64,000 bases of DNA. Source: Octopus vulgaris (lineage: Eukaryota). The translations under genes were made by a program, and so were the position numbers. Positions within the stretch are counted from its first letter, which is position 1. The number at the start of each line of letters is the position of its first letter. Location: positions 19,158,001 through 19,222,000 of the forward strand of contig OX597830.1 of assembly GCA_951406725.2 (NCBI GenBank), given 5' to 3'. Below are positions 27,331 through 39,057 of the stretch, in pieces. The notes beneath the pieces are model-generated. The model did not search any database, was not told where the DNA came from, and saw nothing but the letters and a program-made list of their open reading frames with translations.

Positions 27331-27639
27331 ACAACAATCATCTCCTTTTTTGCTTCCCCCCCTCCTCTTTTGTTCTTCTTTATTTTTTGGTTTCTGTTTT
27401 TTTTCCTTTTTTATTTTTTAAAAATTTTACCTGTCTTCATTTACATATTTCTTTTTTGATTTTGTAACTGCTTTTTTTTTTTTCACATCTACCATTTTGC
27501 CAATGTTCAGTATTTTTATTGTTTTGTCTCTGCCTTACAAGTCATATTTATAATTATTATATTAATCTATTTATTTATTTATTTATTTATTTATTTATTC
27601 AATATATTCATCTATTTATTTATTTATTTATTTATTTAT

Positions 27640-28040
27640 CATTGTTTTACTTGTTTCAGTCATTTGACCGTGGCCATGCTGGAGCAACGCCTTTAGTCGA
27701 GCAAATCAACCTCAGGACTTATTCTTTGTATGCCTAGTACTTATTCTATCGGTCTCTTTTGCATAACCGCTAAGTTATGGGGACATAAACACACCAGCAT
27801 CGGTTGTCAAGCGATGTTGGGGCGACAAACACAGACACACAAACATACATACACACACACACATACATATATACATACATATATACGATGGGCTTCTTTC
27901 AGTTTCCCTCTACCAAATCCACTCACAAGGCTTTGGTCGGTCTGAGGCTATAGTAGAAGACACTTGTCCAAGGTGCCACGCAGTAGGACTGAACCCGGAA
28001 CCATGTGGTTCGTAAGCAAGCTACATACCTCACAGCCACT
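27640..28040 (-). mobile_element. tRNA-derived SINE family A
   Basis: Near-full reverse complement of 44631-45030. Confidence 0.9.
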
Positions 28041-28121
28041 TATTTATCCATACTCATACTCATATTTTCTGACTAACTTCCTTTGCTCTTTTTGTTCCTT
28101 GGCATTCTTTTTTTCTGAATA

Positions 28122-28180
<59 letters not shown>

Positions 28181-28575
28181 ACACACATCCATACACACAC
28201 ACACACAGGTAAACATACACATGTTACTCTACCTCCATCGACAGTTTCCTTTCCCATATATCTGTTTACTGTACATCCTCAAGTATAATCCGCACTTTTT
28301 TCCCAAAATTTAAAGGTCAAAATCCCTAGTGCATTCTATATATTTACACACAAATAAAACGTATTCTCTAAGCAATGTCCGAGTTCCTATTTGCTGTCTG
28401 GCAATGTTTATTCAGATGCAAAAATACCAGTTCCATCAGTTTCAGTTTCCACTCATACGACTCTTTGGTCAGCCCAAGGCTATACTAGAAGACACTTACC
28501 CCAGGTGACACACAGTAGCACTGAACCCAGAACCATGTGGTCAGTAAACAACCACTCATGCACTTATAATGTCGA

Positions 28576-28628
<53 letters not shown>

Positions 28629-28634
<6 letters not shown>

Positions 28635-28975
28635 CAAATTTACAGAAAACAAAAGACAAAGACAGGTGAAAGAGCAACAAGAAGATGCCATGCAGTGGGG
28701 CTGAACCCGGAACCATGTGGTTGGTAAGCAAGCTACTTACCGCACAACCACTCCTGCACCTGTAAATATATATAGTTCAAATTTACAGAAAACAAAAGAC
28801 AAAGATAGGTGAAAGAGCAACAAGAAGATGCCATGCAGTGGGGCTGAACCCAGAACCATGTGGTTGGTAAGCAAGCTACTTACCGCATAACCACTCCTGC
28901 ACCTATAAATTATATAGTTCAAATTTACAGAAAATAAAAGACAAAGACAAGTGAAAGAACAACAAGAAGATGTAT
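28629..28975. repeat. Tandem triplication of a ~143-bp chimeric unit (PLE end plus SINE head)
   Basis: atagttcaaatttacagaaaa occurs at about 28629, 28772 and 28914. Confidence 0.85.
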
Positions 28976-29007
28976 TAGTTTTTAATGGTTGGGGAAAATG
29001 AAAAGGT

Positions 29008-29043
29008 CTTTGACATTTTGAGCCTACGCTCTTCAACAGAAAG
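29008..29043 (-). ncRNA. Decayed minimal hammerhead motif
   Basis: Minus: cttt CTGTTGA A GAGC gtag GCTC AAAAT GTC aaag. Stem I differs in sequence from the sister copies yet still pairs. Confidence 0.55.
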
Positions 29044-29126
29044 GATTGAGAGGCAAAAAAAATGGAGAGAGAAAAAATGTGTTCGGATTAACAGTTTAAC
29101 ATGATGAAATATATATATCTAGTCGT

Positions 29127-29272
29127 ATTTAAAACAGTTTGATTTGGCTCCAAGCAACTTAAAGTTTCTGACAGAAACCCATCTCTTTCAGGCTTCAGAT
29201 GAAAGAGATGAGCTTCTGTTAGAGGCCCATGAAACTTTAAATGGCATGGAACTGAATCAAATTTTTAAAAAT
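29127..29272. repeat. Imperfect ~145-bp palindrome (foldback/MITE-like)
   Basis: Inner arms catctctttca / tgaaagagatg and ctgacagaa / ttctgttag. Outer arms ttaaagtttc / gaaactttaa and tttgatt / aatcaaa. Confidence 0.75.
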
Positions 29273-29449
29273 AATAATACATAACTATAGAACTTTATAA
29301 TTCTTTCTTTTCAAATGTTTAGATTTCCAAATTCTTGTTGTTTATATTTTCAGTAAGGGGTTTGTTTTTAATGCTAAGAAATTGTCTAAGAAAATATTTA
29401 CATCTGGGTTCACTGCCATGATTTTGGAAACTTTATTCAAATACATTTC

Positions 29450-29696
29450 CGTGCCAGTGGCACGTAAAAAGCACCAACCAATTGTGGGCAGCCTCCATGG
29501 CACCTGTGCCGGTGGCACGTAAAAGCACCCACTACATTCACGGAGTGGTTGGCATTAGGAAGGACATCCAGCTGTAGAAACACTGCCAGATCAGACTGGA
29601 GCCTGGTGCAGCCTCATGGCTTGCCAGACCCGGTCAAACTGTCCAACCCATGCTAGCATGGAAAATGGACGTTAAACGATGATGATGATGATGATG
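29450..29696 (+). mobile_element. RTE-tail repeat ending in (GAT)n
   Basis: ..ggacgttaaacgatgatgatgatgatga. Confidence 0.8.
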
Positions 29697-29969
29697 AACT
29701 CCTACTAAACCTGTTGAGTATCCTTTCCTTTCTTTTGTCCACTCACTTGTATAAATATGTAGTTTCATTACAACAACTTGGCTCATATTCCACACACTTG
29801 CCTCTCTTGAAGTTTGGTATCCGGCATTATACCACAGTATATATTCTTATATATATATATATATATATATATACATACAGGGTATGTGAGCTAAATTTGA
29901 CAATTTTTTATATCACCTTTTTTTTTCAGGAACAGCTTAGTGTATTGGTGAATACCCAATGGTGGTACA

Positions 29970-30184
29970 CTTTTACTCTTTTACTCTTTTACTTGTTTCA
30001 GTCATTTGACTGTGGCCATGCTGGAGCATTGCCTTTTAGTCGAAGAAATCGACCCCAGGACTTATTCTTTGTAAGCCTAATACTTATTCTATCAGTCTCT
30101 TTTGCCGAACCGCTAAGTTACGGGAACGTAAACACACTAGCATCAGTTGTCAAGCGATGTTGGAGGACAAACACAGACACACAA

Positions 30185-30215
<31 letters not shown>

Positions 30216-30413
30216 TACATACATACATACATACATACATACATACATACATACATACACACATACATATATATGACGGGCTTCTTTCAGTTTCTGTTTA
30301 CTAAATCCCCTCACAATGTTTTGGTCGGCCCAAGGCTATAGTAGAAGACACTTGCTCAAGGTGCCATGCAGTGGGAATGAACCCAGAACCATGTGGCTGG
30401 TAAACAAGCTACT
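29970..30413 (-). mobile_element. tRNA-derived SINE family A
   Basis: Reverse complement of the family A consensus with an internal (CATA)n. Confidence 0.88.
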
Positions 30414-31085
30414 TGTCATGAAATGTCAGGTAGGTTTTTACAACTGCAAAACTTTGAATAGTACAGATTCATGTCACAAGCCATTAGAAATTTATTTTAC
30501 TTCCACAACACATGTTGCATACATTTTTGTTTTCATTTATGCACCTATCTGCATAAACACATATATACATACATACTCACGTAAGTATGTATGTAAGTAT
30601 GTATGTATATATGGCGTATGTAAGTATGTATGTATGTATGTATGTATAATTATTATGAATATGCAAACAATATAATTGTTTGCACACATATTGCAATATA
30701 TGTACATATATTTATGTATACATACATACATATATATATATATACACACATATATATTATATATATAATAACCATAGGCTTTCCACACAAGTGAGTATGA
30801 CCTAATAACTTGTATGATTCTTTCACTAATTGTTTGTGACAACTGCACAATCATAACAGCAGACACAGACACCTTCTCAGCACATTCTTCTTTAAAATCA
30901 TTGGATCAATGAAGTGGTGACCACCACAGGGAGGGAGAGCTACACCAACACACAGTAGGCACTGGAGCAACATGAAATGAAATGCATTGCTCAAGGGTAT
31001 AATAACATGTTACTTGGCCTAGAAATTGAACCAACAACCTATGATCGATAGCTTAACATCCTAACGACTAGGCCATGAACCTTCA

Positions 31086-32490
31086 GATCATCATCATTTA
31101 ACGTCCACTGTCCATTTGGCATGGGTTGTACAGTTTGACTGGGCTGACACGCTGGAAGGCTACACCAGACTCCAGCCTGACGTGGTTTTCTACAGCTGAA
31201 TGGTTTTCTACAGCTGAATGGTTTTCTAGGTTTTCTACAGCTTGATGGTTTTCTATGGCTGGATGCCCTTCCTAATGTGAACCACTCCAAGAGCGTAATG
31301 AGTGTTTTTATGTGCCACCAGCATGGGTATCATTTGGATGATACCAGGGTGTGTTTATGCACCACTGACATAGGTGCCAATTTGCATGACACCAGTATCT
31401 GACACAACTGCAATTTTATTCATCTTGATGGGTCTTCTTCTCAAGCATGACATAATGCCAAAGGTCTTAGTCATTGCCTCCCTAAGGCCCAACACTCAAA
31501 AGGAACTCAGCCACTTTGCCTCCGTTAGGCCCAACACTCGAAAGGAACTCAGCTAGCTTGCCTCCGTGAGGCCCAACACTCAAAAGGAACTCAGCCACTT
31601 TGCTTCTGTAAGGCCCAACATTCAAAAGATGTTCTTTGCATGCCACCAGCATGGGTGCACTTGGCTTGACAGGTCCTCTCAAGCACAGCACATCACCAAA
31701 GATCTCAGTCACCAGTCAAGCACCTGTGAAGCTCAAAGTTCAAAGATCATGTGTCACTACCTCGTCTCATGTCTTCCTGGGTCTACCTCTACCACAGGTT
31801 CCCTCCAAAGTTAGAGATCAGCACTTCTTTACACAGCTGTTCTCATCCATACACATCACATGACCATACCAGCACAGTCATCTCTCTTGCACACCACATC
31901 TGATGCTTCTTATGCTTAACTTTTCTCTCAAGATGCTTACACTCTATAGAACATGCACACTGACATTGCACATCCAGTAAAGCCTACACATACCCGCAGC
32001 TGTTATAGGTCCATGTTTCACTGCCATGCTGCATAGCTGTTCACACACAGGCATCAAACAATCTGCCTTTCACTCTGAGAGGGAAGCCCTTTGTTGCCAG
32101 CAGGAGTAGGAGCTCTCTGAACTTTGCCCATCCTAATCTTATTCTCACGGCTATGCTCTTGGAGCATCCACTTTCACTACTAACTTGGGTCACCTAGATA
32201 ACAGAAGCTATCTACTACCTCTAGCTTGCCCCACTGGCAGTTGACAGAGTCTATTTTCTGCACATTTTTGGCATTTATTGTACCTGTACACCTTCCACAT
32301 ACAAAAAGTTAGTTTCCCTGTTAACCTTCCCAGCACCTTTTATGGGTGCATCTTATGGAGTTTCTACCTACACCTTTTCTACAGATTGTGCAGGGCCATC
32401 TACTTGAAGGAATTTGTGATTTTTCTGCCTTCCTACTTACTAAGGCTTTGGTTTTTTCTAGGCTAACTCTAAGGCCCTTTGATTCTAGAC
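31086..32490 (-). mobile_element. RTE LINE 3' portion (RT C-terminus, 3'UTR with 4 x 42-bp tandem repeat)
   Basis: Minus peptide DSFCYLG..RIRLGWAKFRELLPLL..HGSETW. aggcccaacactc repeats at about 31485, 31527, 31569 and 31611. Confidence 0.85.
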
Positions 32491-32491
32491 C

Positions 32492-32760
32492 TTGCTTCCA
32501 TTCAGTTTGTTAGCCAGCAAAGCACTGTATCTTCCACTGTTGATCGTACACCCATTTTCCAGAGAAATTAGATCACTGCTTTTTGTTCTTCTTTGGTGCA
32601 CATTGCTAGTGGAGTGGCCACGTTTAAACTGTAAAGCCAAAAAGGAAAATGGCACAATCAGGCTCAAACTTCGATCACATGACCAACTATAAGCATGCAT
32701 GTGCAGAAGGCAGTGTCACAATAATAAAGATATGTTGATAATTTCTGACTTCACCTTGTA
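32492..32760 (-). mobile_element. Internally deleted mariner relic
   Basis: MCTKEEQKAVI*FL fused to ENGCTINSGRYSALLANKL. TIR-like end plus TA at ~32759. Confidence 0.55.
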
Positions 32761-33151
32761 TATATAACCAAAATACAGTACTTATTCTAACATAAACACA
32801 CCTGCATTGGTTGTCAAGTAGTGGGGTGAGAGGCAATCACAGATACACATATATAGATATATACATATATACATACATCTGGTATCTTTCTGTTTCCATC
32901 TACCAAACCATCTAATAAGGCTTTGGTCTGCCTGAGGCTATAGTAGAAGACACTTGCCCAAGGTGCCACACAGTGGAACTCAACCCAGGACAATGTGACC
33001 GGGAAGCAAGCTTCTTACTACACTAATATATATATAAGAGACCAAAGTGTATGTAAGGCACTATATTTTTAACTATAAAAAATACAAAAGTGGGAAAAGA
33101 ATGCAAAACAACCAGATAGATGATACAAAGGAAACAAGAACGGGTCATTTG

Positions 33152-33247
33152 GAGTTTTCTTTCCTCAGACGAGTTCCAGATTATCTTTGCAATTTCAGCT
33201 GGTTATACTCAAGATTGCTCCAATCTGGCCAGCTCCAAGGAAAAACT
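33152..33247 (-). ncRNA. Candidate non-circularly permuted hammerhead ribozyme, family X copy 1
   Basis: Minus: agtttttcctt gg AGCTGG ccagatt gga GCAAT C TTGAGT ataa CCAGCT GAA ATTGC aaagat aatctgg a ACTCGT CTGAGGA aagaaaact. Confidence 0.6.
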
Positions 33248-33931
33248 AAGCTAAGAGTATTAGATTTCTTGGAAGAAAGCAGCGAATGTATACAAAAACA
33301 AGGATGGAAAAAAATGGAGAACTGTTACACAAATACAAATGCAAATAACAGGACATAACAACAGGTGTCTTTCGACTAAGGACGAATTAAATTAAGCTGG
33401 TGTGTGTGGAAGTAAAGCCTTATGGCAGGGACATAAGATTTGACAGGCACAGGGAGGAATATAGATGCTGCACAGATGGTAGTCGAACCAAGAAAGAAAG
33501 GTCAGGCTTGGCCGAACACCGGTCACTTGAGACAGAGGTAGAAGCAGAGAGGTAGAAGAATTAAGGAGGAGTGAGAAAGAATAAAGAGGACAGAGAGGAG
33601 TGAAAGAGGAGCGAAAGTGAGCATGAAGAGAAGGCCAGGAAATGTGAGAGAGGGGGAAAGAAAGAATGAAAAGTGGAATGAACAAAGCAAGTGTGAAAGG
33701 CTGATAGAAAGAAAGAATGAAAGAATAGAAAGAATAATAGAGTTGTACAAAATTTAGATATATATATACTTACATATAAGAGACCAAAGTGTTCATACGG
33801 CACTATATTTTTATATATAAAAAATACAAATGGGACAAGAACGCAAAGCATCCAGACTGTAGGAGATACAAAAAAGGGGCAATAAAACATTCAGACAGAC
33901 GATACAAAGAAAACAAGGATGGGTCATTCGG

Positions 33932-34026
33932 AGTTTCCTTTCCTCGGTCAAGTTCCAGATTATCTTTGCAATTTTGGCTGGTTATACTCAAGATTGCTCC
34001 AATCTGGCCAGCCCCAAGGAAAAACT
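33932..34026 (-). ncRNA. Candidate non-circularly permuted hammerhead ribozyme, family X copy 2
   Basis: Same layout with GGCTGG/CCAGCC, a compensatory change against copy 1. Core variants CCGAGGA and AAAA. Confidence 0.5.
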
Positions 34027-34149
34027 TTATACATACATACATACATACATATATATTATATATATATATGTTTGTGTGTGTGTGTGCATATATGTATATA
34101 TGTATATATGTATATATGCATGTATGTGTGTATATATATATATATATAT

Positions 34150-34440
34150 TATGAGGATGTATGGTTAGGGTGTTGTACTCATGGTCAGGAGATTGTGGTT
34201 TCAATTCCTAGATTAGGTGGTGCATTGTGTTCATAAGAAAAACACATCTCACATTGTTCTATGATCACTTTGGCACCAGACACGTGGCACACCGTGCACC
34301 TGTTCCGGTAACGTTGATTTGATGGAGAGAATGAGCAAATGTACGGCACAAATTTTGGTCACTATAAAGAAATCCTTTGTGCAGGGCATTTCGTTAATGC
34401 TGAACACTCATATATTGTCTTTGGCAGGAGAGTCTATCAT
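34150..34440 (+). mobile_element. tRNA-derived SINE family D (degraded; sister of 58283-58520)
   Basis: ggttagggtgttgtactca..tttcaattc..atcactttgg. Confidence 0.65.
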
Positions 34441-34444
34441 ATCT

Positions 34445-34647
34445 GTTTCTTTATTGCCCACAAGGGGCTAAACATAGACAAATGGATTAAGTCGATTACA
34501 TCGACCCCAGTGCGTAACCGGTACTTAATTTATCGACCCCCGAAAGGATGAAAGGCAAAGTCGACCTCGGCGGAATTTGAACTCAGAACGCAACGACAGA
34601 CGCAATACCGCTAAGCATTTCGCCCGGTGTGCTAACGTTTCTGCCAT
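34445..34647 (-). mobile_element. SINE family B
   Basis: Reverse complement of 23033-23265. Confidence 0.85.
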
Positions 34648-34649
34648 CT

Positions 34650-34693
34650 TCATCATCATCGTCATCATCCTCATCATCATCTTCATAATCATC

Positions 34694-34767
<74 letters not shown>

Positions 34768-35165
34768 TTAACATCTGTTTTCCATGCTGGCATAAGTAGG
34801 ACAGTTTGATAGGAGCTGACCAGCTGAAGAGCTGCCCAGCCGAAGAGCTGCCCAGCTGAAGAGCTGCCCAGATTTCCTTCCTCTGTTTTGGCATAGTTTC
34901 TACAACTGGATGCCCTTCCTAATGACAACCACTTTGCAGAGTGTACTCGGTGCTCTTACACCACAGCACTGGGTGTATTTACATGGGACTGGTACAAGTA
35001 CTTTTCACATGACACCAGCATCCACAATCCTGCAAGATTAGGAATGCTCAGCTGGAGAGGGATACAGGGGACATAACTGTATGCAAGGACAACCATGATT
35101 TTATTTAGCTTGATGTGTCTTCTAAAAAACAGCAAGCCACCTGGAGTCTTGGTCTCCTGTCATCC
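34650..35165 (-). mobile_element. RTE-tail repeat with expanded (CAT)n tail (34650-34767)
   Basis: A long (ATC)n tract followed by tttaacatctgttttccatgctggc. Confidence 0.75.
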
Positions 35166-35216
35166 CCCTCTGTAAAGATCTCTTCTCACCATATATATAC
35201 ATACATACATACATAC

Positions 35217-35345
<129 letters not shown>

Positions 35346-35352
35346 TATATAC

Positions 35353-35785
35353 ACAAAATAAGAAAATGGAGGAATACATCGAAATCAAATATCAATTACC
35401 AGATAATACTCAATCACATACTTTATTAAACCACTGCATAAGAAACTATAAGGTTAAACATAATAATGCAGGGTAAAGCAGTGTACATGAAGGAGTGTAC
35501 ATAAAATAGTAATGTTATACAATAAGTAGAATACGTATAATTGAACATAAATATAAGTACACATAAATATAAAAATTGTACTTATATTTATGTCCTATTA
35601 TACGTATTCTACTTATTGTATAACATTACTATTTAATGTACACTCCTTCATGTACACTGCTTTACTCTGCATTATTATGTTTAACCTTATAGTTTCTTAT
35701 GTGGTGGTTTAATAAAGTATGTGATTGAGTATTATCTGGTAATTGATATTTGATTTAGATGTATTCCTCCATTTTCTTATTTTGT
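35353..35785. repeat. Long palindrome (~210-bp arms, ~15-nt loop) built from PLE 3' terminal sequence
   Basis: 35353-35562 is the reverse complement of 35577-35785. The right arm resembles the PLE end at 40330-40506. Confidence 0.92.
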
Positions 35786-35961
35786 ATTATGAATTTGTGG
35801 TAAAACGTTTTACCTTTGCCCATATAATACAATAAATGAATTAATTGTATCGCAATTCTTAACATTTATGTATTAACTTTGTTGGGTACCTCACTAGCAG
35901 TATATTGGATATGTGGTATCCCATGGTGGGTTGCATTTACAACCCCCATCTCAATTTGAAA

Positions 35962-36018
<57 letters not shown>

Positions 36019-36277
36019 CTTGGAAAAGGATGCATGGCATTCAGTCATATAATAATATAAATAATATATAATTATATGCATATATACATACATATATGTA
36101 CATACCTACATATATATGTATATATACATGCATGTATGGGTACAGGACATCAAAAAAACGTTGAACACAATGAGAAACAAAAACATAAAAGCAAAACATA
36201 GAAAACGAACTTTTTTTCGAACCACACAAAAAAACCCAAACAAACAGAGAAACAAGACATGCAACATAAAGAATATT

Positions 36278-36353
36278 CCCCTCCATCAGTTGTCCCTGTT
36301 TCATCTACTCCACGTTTCGAAGGCAAGGAAAATATGCGACTTCATAGAAACAG
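36278..36353 (-). ncRNA. Candidate non-circularly permuted hammerhead ribozyme, family Y
   Basis: Minus: ctgtttc tatgaagt CGCAT A TTTTCC ttg CCTTC GAA ACGTG gagtagat gaaacag GGACAA CTGATGG AGGGG. The stem III mismatches fit CpG decay of CGCGT/ACGCG. Confidence 0.55.
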
Positions 36354-36396
36354 TTCTTCCTGCAGAGCAAATTAAATAAATTTGGGATTTATATAC

Positions 36397-36480
<84 letters not shown>

Positions 36481-36486
<6 letters not shown>

Positions 36487-38402
36487 GAATGGAACGACCT
36501 CATCAAACTAAGAGAAGACAAAACAATAACAATTAAGGAGGCAGATAAGGGCAACGCGATAGTAATAATGAATACAAATAATTATAAAAATTTAGTGCTA
36601 TCCCTATTAAGAGATGAAACGTATTATGAAAGGGCCCAACAGTATAACCAGCAAAAAATAATGAATAACCTTAGGACATTAATCAACACATATCAAGAAG
36701 GACTCACGAACAAGGAGTATGAATACATCACTAACTTCAAATGCAAATCGAGTTTGTTCTATGGTATCCCTAAGGTACACAAAAGCCAAACCATTAGAGA
36801 AACGTGCAAAACATCCACCGACACACTCATCAAAATCCCTTCACCAAATGATCTTAAACTAAGACCGATAATAGCAGGGCCAGCATGTGAAACTCACCGC
36901 CTCAGCAATTTCTTAGACACACTTCTTAAACCTTTCCTAAAAACATCAAAAGCTACGTAAGAGACGATATAGATATGCTCAACCACCTCCCTAAAACAGT
37001 CAATGAGAAAACCCTTCTAGTATCATTCGACGTAGTTAATCTTTATTCTAACATCCCTTACAACCTAGGAATAAAAGCGATCACCTTCTGGCTGAATAAC
37101 TACCCCTTTGAACTCCCAACTCGCATAAACAAAGACCTTATAATAGAAGGACTTAGATTCATTTTAGAGAACAATTATTTTATTTTTGACAATGATTTCT
37201 ACAGGCAAAGATCGGGAACAGCGATGGGCACGCGTACTGCACCATCTTTTGCCAACCTAGTGATGGGATACCTCGAGAAAATACTATACCGGATGACACT
37301 CGAGAAATATGGAAACACCTTCGCCACCTATATCCATAACAACTGGAAAAGATACCTCGATGACTGTTTCATCATCTGGGACAAAGGCATAGAGAAACTT
37401 GAGGAATTTAAAATTCTATTAAACGGAATAAATGACAATATACAATTCACGATGGACCACAACGAAAAAGAATTACCATTTTTAGACATCCTCATTAAGA
37501 AAACCGGCAACAAAATAGAGACAGATATCTACTATAAACCGACAGACTCTAAACAGTACCTACCCTTTGATTCATTCCACCCACGACACACTAGAATGAA
37601 TGTCCCTTTTTGTTTAGCTAGAAGGATTTGCACCATAATATCAGACACAAACACCCGACACACACGTCTCCAGGAACTTAGAACCACACTCACAAATAGA
37701 AACTATCCACAGCCCCTAATAGACAGTGCAATCCAACGGGTACTTAAATTAAGTATAGAAGACCTGAGACAAACAAAACCAAAAAAGAAAGAACAATTAA
37801 AAACCCTTCCCTACATCTCTACACACAACGCACTCAACAATGAGGCCTTCAACACCATACTACAAAGCACAGCCCTACTAAAGGGAGACCCAAAGATGAA
37901 CCGGATCCTCGAAACACACACCATCATTAAAAGTAAACGGCAACCAAAATCCTTGAAAAGGATTTTAACCCAAGCTACACTGCACTCAACATCAACCACA
38001 AAACCAGCAGTTAGAAAATGTGGAAGACCCAACTGCGGAATCTGTGTCATCTTGAAAGAAGGATCAGAATTTATACTGGAACAAGGCCACCAGTTCACCA
38101 TTAGAACAAACTTCACCTGCGCATCAGAAAACTTAATTTACGTCATAACATGCGCAGGCTGCAATAGGCAGTATATAGGCCATACAAAAAATAGCTTACG
38201 TAACAGGATGGCGGTGCATAAATCACAGATTAGAAACCCTGATTACCGCAAAATACCGGTCAGCGGACACATAGATAGATGTGCTGGAAATGTAAATCCG
38301 AAATTTACAACTAACCCGCTCTATAAATTCAGTGACAACGCAACCTTCACACAACGCCAAAATAAAGAACTATATTTCATAAAAAATTTAGACCAAGTTT
38401 AA
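36481..38402 (+). pseudogene. PLE reverse transcriptase + GIY-YIG endonuclease, one frameshift near 36950
   Basis: ADKGNAIV, FYGIPKVHK, LRPII, LVSFDVVNLYSNIP, GTAMGT, RYLDD, LPFLD, CGRPNCGIC, LIYVITCAGCNRQYIGHT. Confidence 0.93.
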
Positions 38403-38589
38403 ACACCCTGGGCCAGGAATACTAAAACAAAAGATAAGTCCTCCGAAAGGGAGAAGCGGGGTTCCACCACGGCCGCTGCTTCAAACAGACACTCACTCTG
38501 ACGGAAATATGCCTTAGTAAAAAAGGAAAAAATTCTTTCGTGCAAATCTGACCCTGATACATACGATACAGCTAAGGGTCAGACCCGAT

Positions 38590-39057
38590 TCTGATTGGTC
38601 AACAAGTTGATGACGTCTAGCTCTGCTAGAATGGACAGGATACAAACAGGGGACAGTCATTAGTCAGAATATTGATGACGTCCTTTTCTGCTTGAATAGT
38701 CACCTAACAAGTACAGACAGGGGGCAGATCTAATGTAGCTATAAGTCGTGATTGGGCAGAATCTGGATGACGTCCCGCTCTGCTTGACTAACGAAGCGAC
38801 TGGTCAAAACAGGAAACAAACAAGAGGCAGATATAATGCAGCGATTGGTCAAAATAATGATGACGTCCCGTTCTACTTGACTAACGAAGCGACTGGTCAA
38901 AACAGGAAACAAACAAGAGGGAGTTATAATGCAGCGATTGATCAAAATAATGATGACGTCCCGTTCTACTTGATTAAAGCCACCTAACGAAACGATTGGT
39001 CAAAACATTGATGACGTCACGCTACGCTAGATTGACCACCTAACAGGCATTATAAAA
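38590..39057 (+). promoter_or_regulatory. Tandem CCAAT(rev)-CRE modules plus TATA box (putative pLTR promoter)
   Basis: TGACGTC at 38611, 38676, 38768, 38861, 38954 and 39012 (the last a perfect TGACGTCA). Each starts 17 nt after an ATTGG or a one-mismatch variant. TATAAAA at 39051. Confidence 0.65.

Larger units (their letters stand above)
33035..34027 (-). mobile_element. Two tandem copies of a non-coding (probably PLE-terminal) repeat, each carrying a structured RNA domain
   Basis: 33035-33247 and 33777-34026 are direct repeats, each abutting a TA tract. Confidence 0.75.

Noticed and set aside
33035-34027. Retrozyme/LTR element with two LTRs
   Set aside because: No TG..CA ends, PBS, PPT or TSD, and a TA tract separates the copies. 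Tandem insertions explain it better.
34525-34894. Poly-Met, poly-Asp and poly-Ile ORFs
   Set aside because: Expanded (CAT)n tail of an RTE-type repeat.
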